NCBI GenBank assembly: GCA_050250895.1
Contig: JBFWNU010000001.1
Location: 3,379,557-3,443,556 of the forward strand
Direction: 5' to 3'
Source of the DNA: Vulcanimicrobiota bacterium
GTDB lineage: Bacteria; Vulcanimicrobiota; Xenobia; Xenobiales; JADMJV01
Length of the DNA stretch: 64,000 nucleotides
Each line of letters opens with the position of its first letter. Within the stretch, counting starts at the first letter, position 1. The notes beneath the pieces were generated by a model that did no database searches, had not been told where the DNA came from, and worked only from the letters and a program-made list of their open reading frames with translations. Positions 37,296 through 45,176 of the stretch are shown one piece after another. Position numbers and translations under genes: made by a program.

Positions 37296-38633
37296 ATGAA
37301 GCGCCCTTCACAACTCGAGCAGTTTCTTGAGAGCCAGCAGGAGGTCGGCCAGACCGAGTCCCATGGCGCCTTTACCATCGCCCGAGACGAGGCGCTCAGA
37401 AAACTGGCCTCGTTTCGGCTGCCCTTCGAGCGCGCCTGGGTACTCAAGATCGTGCAGGCGGCGGTGGCCTCGGGGGCGCCTTCGCTCGACATCAAGCAAA
37501 CCTCCACCGATACCGAATTCCACTTCGCCGCTCCCAAGAGCTGGACGCTCGAGCGGTTGGAGGCGGCCTTCTTCAACCCCCAAATGTCAGGAGATCGCGC
37601 CCTGGACCATCTCCTGGCGGGTCTGTGGGGCGCCAGCCTCAACGATGGCCGGCCTTTCCAACTGCTCTGGCCCGGCTGCCCCGAATCGCTGATCTGGTCG
37701 GGCCGCGAGATGACCCGCATCCAGGACCCCGAACCGGTGAGACAAATGCAACTGGTGGTCTCGCACCGGCGCCTCGAGGAAGGCAAGGGGATCTTCGGTA
37801 TTCGCTACATTCAGGCCGCCCAGCGCAACGCCGACATTCTCAAGACGCTGACCCACCGGGCCTTCACCTGTTCCATTCCGCTGCGGGTCGACGCCCGTCG
37901 CATGGACGCCCTGCCGCTCTCTCCCAATCACGGTTATAGCCAGGCCAATCATCCCGTCTGTGTGGGCTGGGCCCCCGGCGGTTCGCTTGTCCTGCCGCCG
38001 GGGACCTTCGCGGGTGTGCTCCCCTCCGAACAGACCCACAAAAAAGAGGCCACGCGCTCGCTATCTTCTCAGGTGGAACGGCCAGCCGTGCCCGACACTA
38101 ACAAGGTTGTGGCCGCCTGGCTGATGACCACGCATTTTGAAGAGGTCAAAAGCGGCAAGAGCAAGACCTGGAAGCTGCGCGACCAGGCCAGCAAGCTCTA
38201 CTGGGTTCATGACGGGGTGATTCTTGGCTCGGAAGAACTCTTTCCCATCGAGAGGTCTGTTTCCATCGGAGTGTTTGCAGACGCGGGCGACCTCAAACTG
38301 GACGTCACCGGCTTCGGCATCATCCACGAAGAGGCGCACGAGGCCCGCAGGAAGCGAGTGCTGCAGACGGCGGCCGCCGCTTTCGAAGCGGTCCCGGTCA
38401 TCTCGCTGCAGGGCCTGGTCGAGGATGCCCAGCAATCGGGTCGCTCGGTAGGCACCGTCATGGCGGTGGGGGGAGTGTTGACGCTGGCCCTATCGCCCTT
38501 GCACTCGTTGATGTTCTTCGCCGGGGCCGCCTTTTCTTATTACACGGCCGGCAACGTCGAGGCCGGCATCGAGAGTGGTTTGCAGACGGCCCTTTCTGAC
38601 CTGCGGGCTCAGTACTTGTCCGAGTGGGGTTAG
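37296..38633 (+). CDS. Hypothetical protein, same N-terminal module family as 7786-10038, with C-terminal TM
   Basis: ESHGAFTIARDEALRKLASFRL..KIVQAAVASGA. Confidence 0.7.
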   Translation: MKRPSQLEQFLESQQEVGQTESHGAFTIARDEALRKLASFRLPFERAWVLKIVQAAVASGAPSLDIKQTSTDTEFHFAAPKSWTLERLEAAFFNPQMSGDRALDHLLAGLWGASLNDGRPFQLLWPGCPESLIWSGREMTRIQDPEPVRQMQLVVSHRRLEEGKGIFGIRYIQAAQRNADILKTLTHRAFTCSIPLRVDARRMDALPLSPNHGYSQANHPVCVGWAPGGSLVLPPGTFAGVLPSEQTHKKEATRSLSSQVERPAVPDTNKVVAAWLMTTHFEEVKSGKSKTWKLRDQASKLYWVHDGVILGSEELFPIERSVSIGVFADAGDLKLDVTGFGIIHEEAHEARRKRVLQTAAAAFEAVPVISLQGLVEDAQQSGRSVGTVMAVGGVLTLALSPLHSLMFFAGAAFSYYTAGNVEAGIESGLQTALSDLRAQYLSEWG

Positions 38634-38717
38634 AGTGTGCCATGGCCAAGCTTCTGACCGACGCAAAGGGATTCTGCTAGCAGAGGGCGGCCGTCCGCGG
38701 GGGGCGAAGCCTGGTGA

Positions 38718-39086
38718 ATGGAAGAAGAACGCATCGATCCGGAGGATATTCGCCGTCTATCTCGCGGTCTGACGGCTTGCAACGTAGGGTTAGGCGGCTA
38801 TCTGGCCATCACTGTTTTTCTTGGGATTGGCACTTTGCGCGAGTTGTTCGAGGGGATGGCCCTGGCCCTGCCTTTGACTACCAAACTGCTGCTCGGGCCG
38901 CTGGCTCTGCTGACGCCGATCGCGCTGGTGCTAGCGGTGGTGGCCAAAGAGGTTATCTTGAGTGGAAGGCCGCTCCAGAGCCTGCGGGTCAATATCTACT
39001 TCCTGGTGGGTTTCGTGGTGCTGTGGATGTTCATGCTGAAAGGCATGCTCGCGCCCTTGTATCAGCTGATCGGCAACCTGGGCTAG
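38718..39086 (+). CDS. Small membrane protein resembling PilC/GspF fragments
   Basis: LFEGMALALPLTT and C-terminal LAPLYQLIGNLG. Confidence 0.55.
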   Translation: MEEERIDPEDIRRLSRGLTACNVGLGGYLAITVFLGIGTLRELFEGMALALPLTTKLLLGPLALLTPIALVLAVVAKEVILSGRPLQSLRVNIYFLVGFVVLWMFMLKGMLAPLYQLIGNLG

Positions 39087-39087
39087 A

Positions 39088-39648
39088 CTATTTTCGGTCG
39101 CCGCCACCCATCAAGAACGGCTCGGGTTGGCGGGGATTGAGCCGCTGAGCCACCTCGTTGTTGAGGCGCGCCGAGAAGGTCTCGTGATCGTCGCGGTTCG
39201 AGATGTTGACCGGGCCGAGTTCGGCCCGCACCTGGGCGGTCACCTCAGCGCGACGAGCGGCTTGCGCCTCTTCGAAATCGTTGAGCCCGCCCACGATGGA
39301 CGCACGGGGGCGAGCAGCATCGCCGGAGCCGGCATTACCAGCATTTCCCGCATCACCAGCGTTGCCAGCGTCGCCAGCGTTGCCAGCGTCGCCAGCGTTG
39401 CCCGCGTCACCAGCGTTGCCTGCGCCCCCGGCGTTGCCCGCGCCACCCACTGCGGCGGGAGCGTCGCTGGCGAACTGTTGCCAACCCTGATTGGCGGCGT
39501 TCGAGCCAGATAGCATCTGGAGGAGCAGGTTGAGCAGCTCGGCCAAACCGGGCTGTTGCTGGGCTGTTCCGGTCTGAATTCCGTTGTTGGAGAAGCCGAC
39601 AGGGGAGAAGTTGGGTTGTTGAAAGTTGATTCCTGAAATGGTCGCCAT
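39088..39648 (-). CDS. Gly/Asn-rich, Cys-free harpin-like protein with (AGN/AGD) repeats
   Basis: GAGGAGG RBS; LAELLNLLLQML helix; tandem AG[ND] repeats. Confidence 0.7.
   Translation of the reverse strand: MATISGINFQQPNFSPVGFSNNGIQTGTAQQQPGLAELLNLLLQMLSGSNAANQGWQQFASDAPAAVGGAGNAGGAGNAGDAGNAGDAGNAGDAGNAGDAGNAGNAGSGDAARPRASIVGGLNDFEEAQAARRAEVTAQVRAELGPVNISNRDDHETFSARLNNEVAQRLNPRQPEPFLMGGGDRK
39333..39447 (-). repeat. In-frame 9/18-bp tandem repeat encoding AGNAGD
   Basis: Plus strand reads GTTGCCAGC-GTCGCCAGC iterated. Confidence 0.85.
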
Positions 39649-39723
39649 GTCGGCCTCCTCGCGTGGTGTGTGCTTATCTTATGGGCCAGGTATGGAGCCG
39701 AGGTTGGAAACGAGCCGGAAACA

Positions 39724-39761
39724 TGTTGAAAATTTGTTGCAGTTTGTTGCGGGAATGTTGC
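39724..39761 (-). promoter_or_regulatory. Four helically phased direct repeats (GCAACA on the minus strand)
   Basis: TGTTG at 39724, 39735, 39745 and 39756 (spacing 11/10/11), upstream of the 39648 start. Confidence 0.55.
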
Positions 39762-40116
39762 CTTTGCGCCAGGGCCTAACTGCAGGTTCCGGTGGCGATC
39801 CCGCAGTTGACCGCATCGGCGGCGCCCAGGCAGGAGTTCGAGCAACAGGCTCGCCACCCCTCGAGAATTTCTCTCCCCAGTCGCTGGACAACCTGGATTC
39901 GAGGGTGGCTAACAGTCGTGGGTCGTTGGCTCGTACCCCCCATCCAACCCCAAGGGTGGTTCGCTCCAGGGTGACTTGCATTGAGTGGGATTCGGGGAGG
40001 CTGGTCGCTATCCTGGTCGTCATATTCGGGCCCGCGGAATAGGAGGATTCTACTGTTAAACTGGTTTTGCCTCGGACGATGGAGTAAGCGAGGGAGAAAG
40101 GCGGAGAGGACGTTCG

Positions 40117-40761
40117 ATGCGAATTCTGCTGGTTGCTCCTGGAGCGGCCGAATCCCAGGCCCTGGCCGAGGAGCTGCGACGGCTCCTGGCGCTCGAGGTC
40201 GTCATCGTCAGTAGCGCCGATGATGCTCTGTACCAACTGCGCGATGCTCGCGACTTTGCGTTAGTGGTGACCGAACTAGACTTGCGCGGCCAGTCCGGGC
40301 TCGAGCTGGCGGCCACGGTGAGGAGCCGGCAACGCACGCGCCATATCCCCATTCTCGTCTGCGGCGAGGATACCACCACGGACACCATCGTGGCTCTCGC
40401 CCGCGTGGGTATCCGTCACTACCTGGCCAAGCCGTTTTCGGCCGAGGCGTTGCGCGCCAAGTTGCGGGCTTGCTTTGAGACCGGCGCGGTCAGGCTGCCC
40501 CGAAAGCAGCGCCTGATGTTGCTGCTGGAGCTTGATGACGAGGGCGTCGAGGAATTGACGACCTTTCTGGCCGACTCGATCGGCCAGCTGGTCGAGCAAT
40601 TCGAATGTTCCCCCGGAATGCTCTCTTCGGTCGGCCAGCTCTTGTTGCCTGAAGTCTGGAGCAAAGTCGAGCAAGCCCAGTTGGCCAAACATCAGGGCGT
40701 GTCCATTGTCAGGCGCCTCGAGGCCTACCGCGCGGAGCGGCGCAACCGGGCTCTAGGCTGA
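40117..40761 (+). CDS. Atypical response regulator (receiver domain)
   Basis: MRILLV..LVVTELDL..SGLEL..TRHIPIL..YLAKPF; the phosphoacceptor position appears to be Glu. Confidence 0.8.
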   Translation: MRILLVAPGAAESQALAEELRRLLALEVVIVSSADDALYQLRDARDFALVVTELDLRGQSGLELAATVRSRQRTRHIPILVCGEDTTTDTIVALARVGIRHYLAKPFSAEALRAKLRACFETGAVRLPRKQRLMLLLELDDEGVEELTTFLADSIGQLVEQFECSPGMLSSVGQLLLPEVWSKVEQAQLAKHQGVSIVRRLEAYRAERRNRALG

Positions 40762-40867
40762 CTCTCCCGTTCACATGCTTGTTACATGGCCTGGGAGCCA
40801 GCCGAGATCGGACCGACCTTCGAGCTCTAACATCATCCCAGACCACAACGTGAAGGGATACACACAC

Positions 40868-41557
40868 ATGATCATTTCGCCGCACCAACACGCCCACTCC
40901 GGTAACTTCCTGGCTGGCCCGACGGGTGGGCACCACCACGGTCCAGTCGGCGGCTCATCGAGCCAGCCCGGAGACCGCATCCAAATCTCCATGGAGGCTC
41001 AAATGTCGGTAGGCACCGGCGGTCGGCAGTCGGCCAATCCATTGCTGGCTGGGCTGCAGGACAACTTTGGCCCTCAGGGAGCCAATCAGTGCGGCCGCCC
41101 GGGTCAGGGGGGCGCCAGGGGCGCCGAGGCCCGGCTGCGACGCGGACTAGAGCGCTGCCAGCAGGCCCGGAGCCCCAGGCAGCGCCAGGCGGCGGGAACC
41201 GAACTGAGGAACGAGTACCAGAGCTGCAAAGCCCAGCAGGTTCGCCTGAATCCGGGGCTTGAGGTCAAAGTTCTCTTGACCCTGTTGATGATGGGAGCGG
41301 GCGACCAGCAGGGCGGCCAGGCGGGCGGCGGGCAACAGTGCCCCGGGGGCCAGGGCGAGTCGGGCGACCGCGGTGGCTGCCACAAGCCCAAGGACAAAGA
41401 CAAGTGCAAGGACAAGCACCACGACCGCGACCACGACCACGACAAAGGCAAACGCTGCAAAGACAAGCAAAAAGCTGAGCCGAACCGCCTTCGGGAGATC
41501 ACCCACGGGCCCAAGGGCGGTCCGGCCCGGATCGGGGGAACGACCAGGGTCGCCTGA
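40868..41557 (+). CDS. Gly/Gln-rich protein with a Lys/Asp/His/Cys-rich tract
   Basis: GAAGGG RBS; DRIQISMEA motif; CHKPKDKDKCKDKHHDRDHDHDK. Confidence 0.65.
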   Translation: MIISPHQHAHSGNFLAGPTGGHHHGPVGGSSSQPGDRIQISMEAQMSVGTGGRQSANPLLAGLQDNFGPQGANQCGRPGQGGARGAEARLRRGLERCQQARSPRQRQAAGTELRNEYQSCKAQQVRLNPGLEVKVLLTLLMMGAGDQQGGQAGGGQQCPGGQGESGDRGGCHKPKDKDKCKDKHHDRDHDHDKGKRCKDKQKAEPNRLREITHGPKGGPARIGGTTRVA

Positions 41558-44500
41558 TTCGTCTTATTGCTTCTGGGCACGCATCGTGCCCAGGAGCTCG
41601 GGCGAGGGCATCGGCGTAGGTGGTCAATAGTTGAATTTCCTCAGGGCCGAACGCTAGCGGATCTCGATCGCACAGGTGTAGCACTCCCAACAGGTCTTGT
41701 TCGGTGGAGAGAGGGATAGTGATGGACCGGCCGTGAGCGTCATCGGAGTGGCTGACGGGACGCAACAATCGCTGCGAACCCTCGCCTCGTCCCAACATGG
41801 CCTTGAAGATGGGGTGGACGTGCTCGCTTGGATCTGGATCGCCAGCCTGTGAGACTCTCTCCAATTCCATCGGAACGCGCCAATCCGTGAATCCCACCCA
41901 GGCCCCCGTGTAGCCAGCCCGATCGACCATGGTCTGGCAGACATTGGCAACCAGCTCCTGTTCGGGAGTGTCGAGATCGGTTCGGGCCAAAATCGGCAAC
42001 AAGGTGAGCAGTTGCCGGCTTTTGGCAAAAAGCCGCCCGGCCTGGCGCTGGAGAGTGACATTTTCGCCCGAGCAAAGCAGTCCCACCGGCTGCCCGGCGG
42101 CGTCCCTTAGGATGGCCCGGCGGAAGAAAAAGTGCTGACGCCCCTGGCTGGTCTGCAAGCTCCCTTCCCAGCCCCGCGGGAATTCGCCCTGGCCGAGGAA
42201 AAAGAGGCGACCCTCAGCTGCCGGCTCGGGCTGCGATGCGTCCAGAATACTCAAACCCAGGCTAAGACCCGTATCGTGATCCGACGGCGAGTTGAGGCGA
42301 CAAATTCGGCCCTGCTCGTCGATCACCATCAAAAGGCCTCCGGCCAGTTCAAAGAGCTGAGCAAGGTCGGTCTCCTGCTCGCTCACCACCAGCCGCTCCA
42401 AGGCACCATGACTATCGAGTAGCGGGGCCAGGCCGAGCGTGCAGGCTACAGGTTGGCCGGCCTGTGACCGGTAGACCGTCTGGGTCAAGGCGCGTCCCCG
42501 GGTCAACTGCTCCCATACCGGTTCGTTGCGAGTCAACTGGCCAAGCAGCTTCGCGGGGTCGGGTTCTTCTCGGTCACGGTAACGAGAGTTGGCGAATTGG
42601 ACGGTGCCCTGGGAGTCGGTCAGCAGAAGGGGAAAGGGGCAGTGCTCAGCCGCCAGCGAGGACGGCAGGGCACGCTCGAAGGCCACCTTTTGCGGGGTGA
42701 TATCCACGAAGGTCAACACCGCTCCCACAATAATGTTCTCGAGGGTCCGATACGGCATGATGCGGAGCGAATAGAAGCGTCCATCGCGACCGGTCACCTC
42801 CACCTCGTGGCTCACCAGGGTGGCCAGAACCTCACGCACATCCTCGACCAGTCTGGCTTGATCGTAGTCTAGCCGCGGCGCAATGTCGCTCAGCGGCCGC
42901 CCAACATCAGACGGAATGAGATGACTAACCTGGGTGGCAGAGGGGGTAAAGCGCACGATGCTCAAGTCGTTTCCCACGAAGATCATGGCAATCTCGGTGC
43001 TGCTGAGCAGATTGGTCATGTCGGCGGCCGTCTGGAGCAAGTCCTCGTTTTTTGCTCGAAACTCGACATTCACGGTGGTCAGCTCTTCATTGAGCGATTG
43101 CAACTCTTCTTTGGATGTCTCCAACTCTTCGTTGGTGCTTTGCAGCTCCTCGTTGGAGGATTGCAGCTCCTCGTTAGCTGCCTTGAGTTCTTCGTTGCTG
43201 GTCTCGAGTTCTTCGATGGTGGCGCGCAGATATTGCTGAGCCGCGATGAGATCGCTCTCGAGTTCACGCACCCGCCGACCGTCGCTGGCCGCTTCCTCGG
43301 ACTGTCCCGGGGCTTGCCTGGAACGAAATACGACCAGCAAAGAACCGGCTGAGCCAGGACCGAGGGGCTCGACGGTGGCGTCGACCAGCCAGGCCTCGCC
43401 CCCGTCTTCCAACCTTATGCCCTCAAACGAGACGGCCTTGCCGGTCTGGGCAACCTGGGCCACGGACGTCATCAGGCTAACCCTCAGTTCCTTTTTGGCC
43501 AGGGCCATGAGGTTGAGGGTCGCCTCCCCGCGCGGAGGGTCCAGGAACCGACCCGAAGGACCGTGGATGTAGACCACCTCGCCGCGGTGGTCGACCACTA
43601 CCCCGGTGGGGCAGTGCCGTTCTAGCAAGGCGGCTTGAACCGAGAGCTTGACGTCAGGGACGGGGGCAAGCGGCCGTCGGCCGGCCGGAAACGGGGCCTG
43701 GGCGGGTGCCCTGGGGAGCGAAAGAGGCGTGTTCCAGGGCGTAGGGATGTCGGTCTTGACAAAGAGCTTCCAGCGCTTGTCGAGGACCTCGAACAGATCC
43801 GACTCGCCGATCGTTTCCGAGTTGCCCAGGAAGAGGATCCCGCCGGGCTTGAGGGCGTAGTGAAAGAGCCCCAGGATACGTTGCTGCAACTCGGGTTGCA
43901 GGTAAATCAACAGGTTGCGGCAGCTGATGAGGTCCAGCCTCGAAAAGGGGGGGTCGTTGAGCAGGCTTTGCTCGGCGAATATCAGCACGTCGCGAAGCCG
44001 CTGGCGAACATGATAGGAGTTTCCGATTTTGTCGAAGTAGGCCGTCAGCCGCTCGGGGGCCACATCCAGGGCGATTCCCTCCGGGTAGATTCCCCTGCGG
44101 GCGATGTCGATGGCGCTGGCATCGATATCGCTTGCGAATACGGCGACTTTTAGCCGCCGCCCGATGGCTTCCAGCCGCTCGAGCAAAAGCATCGCGATAG
44201 AATAGGCCTCCTCCCCTGTCGAACAAGCCGGGACCCAGGCCCTGACCACATCATCGGGTCCTCGGCTCTCGTCGAGCAGGCTAGCAATGACCTCTTCGAG
44301 GCTTTGGAAGGCGTCTGGGTCCCGGAAGAAGCTGGTAACCCCGATGAGCAGTTCTCTCGAGAGGCGGTCGAGCTCGGTCGGCTCTGCTTGCAGAAAAGCC
44401 AGATACTCCGCCAGTCCGTCGATGCGCTGGCGAGCCATGCGGCGTTCGACCCGGCGTCGAATGGTGTTCTCTTTGTAGAGCGAAAAATCGTGGCCCGTCC

Positions 44501-45140
44501 GTGTTCGGAGCACAAGGAGCAGGTCTTTGAGCGAGGGGCCGGCCTCCTCGTCCGGCCATGCCTGGGCTTGCGGCCCCGGCACCAGGAGAAGCCGGCTCAG
44601 TCGGGAGGGCATGTCCTCTACTGCCAGGGTCCAGTCGACCACGCCTGCCGTGAGGGCGCTACGCGGCATGGCATCGTATTCGGCTCCGGTAGGATCTTGA
44701 ACGGCCGTCACTCCACCGCTCTCTTTGATGGCCGCCAGACCCAGGGTCCCGTCGGAACCGGTCCCGGAGAGGATCAGGCCGGCCCCAAACTCACCAGCCT
44801 CCTGGGCCAGGGAACGGAAGAAGAAGTCGATGGGAGTCAGGGGGCTGCCGGGCGAGGCGAGTTCGACCAGCTGAAAATGCTGCCGGAAGAGCCTCGTGTA
44901 AGCGCCCGGGGGGGATACATAGACGGTGTTGGGCGCGATCGGCATACCGTCCTCGATCTCTACCACCGGGATCTGGGTATGCTTGCTCAACAGTTCTGGT
45001 AGCAGGCTGCGATGCCCAGGCTTGGCGTGTTGCACGATGACAAAGGCCATGCCCGGCTCGGACGGGACGTGTTCCAGGAACGCCTCAAGCGGCTTGAGGC
45101 CTCCGGCCGAGGCGCCGATGCCGACCACGGGAAACTTCAC
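41499..45140 (-). CDS. CheB/CheR fusion with coiled coil, PAS and GAF domains (true end probably 41564)
   Basis: GASAGG, VQH, SGTGSDG (CheB); IGVTSFFRD, ACSTGEEAYS, ISCRNLLIY (CheR); SNEELQS heptads. Confidence 0.92.
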   Translation of the reverse strand: MKFPVVGIGASAGGLKPLEAFLEHVPSEPGMAFVIVQHAKPGHRSLLPELLSKHTQIPVVEIEDGMPIAPNTVYVSPPGAYTRLFRQHFQLVELASPGSPLTPIDFFFRSLAQEAGEFGAGLILSGTGSDGTLGLAAIKESGGVTAVQDPTGAEYDAMPRSALTAGVVDWTLAVEDMPSRLSRLLLVPGPQAQAWPDEEAGPSLKDLLLVLRTRTGHDFSLYKENTIRRRVERRMARQRIDGLAEYLAFLQAEPTELDRLSRELLIGVTSFFRDPDAFQSLEEVIASLLDESRGPDDVVRAWVPACSTGEEAYSIAMLLLERLEAIGRRLKVAVFASDIDASAIDIARRGIYPEGIALDVAPERLTAYFDKIGNSYHVRQRLRDVLIFAEQSLLNDPPFSRLDLISCRNLLIYLQPELQQRILGLFHYALKPGGILFLGNSETIGESDLFEVLDKRWKLFVKTDIPTPWNTPLSLPRAPAQAPFPAGRRPLAPVPDVKLSVQAALLERHCPTGVVVDHRGEVVYIHGPSGRFLDPPRGEATLNLMALAKKELRVSLMTSVAQVAQTGKAVSFEGIRLEDGGEAWLVDATVEPLGPGSAGSLLVVFRSRQAPGQSEEAASDGRRVRELESDLIAAQQYLRATIEELETSNEELKAANEELQSSNEELQSTNEELETSKEELQSLNEELTTVNVEFRAKNEDLLQTAADMTNLLSSTEIAMIFVGNDLSIVRFTPSATQVSHLIPSDVGRPLSDIAPRLDYDQARLVEDVREVLATLVSHEVEVTGRDGRFYSLRIMPYRTLENIIVGAVLTFVDITPQKVAFERALPSSLAAEHCPFPLLLTDSQGTVQFANSRYRDREEPDPAKLLGQLTRNEPVWEQLTRGRALTQTVYRSQAGQPVACTLGLAPLLDSHGALERLVVSEQETDLAQLFELAGGLLMVIDEQGRICRLNSPSDHDTGLSLGLSILDASQPEPAAEGRLFFLGQGEFPRGWEGSLQTSQGRQHFFFRRAILRDAAGQPVGLLCSGENVTLQRQAGRLFAKSRQLLTLLPILARTDLDTPEQELVANVCQTMVDRAGYTGAWVGFTDWRVPMELERVSQAGDPDPSEHVHPIFKAMLGRGEGSQRLLRPVSHSDDAHGRSITIPLSTEQDLLGVLHLCDRDPLAFGPEEIQLLTTYADALARAPGHDACPEAIRRIRRPWSFPRSGPDRPWARG

Positions 45141-45176
45141 GGGCGCGTCTTCTCCACGAGGTGGTTCGTGGCCTCG

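Noticed and set aside
39333-39447. CRISPR array
   Set aside because: Short in-frame coding tandem repeat with no spacers and no cas genes.
43070-43220. DNA tandem repeat element
   Set aside because: Ordinary SNEELQ heptad coiled coil of CheB/CheR fusions.
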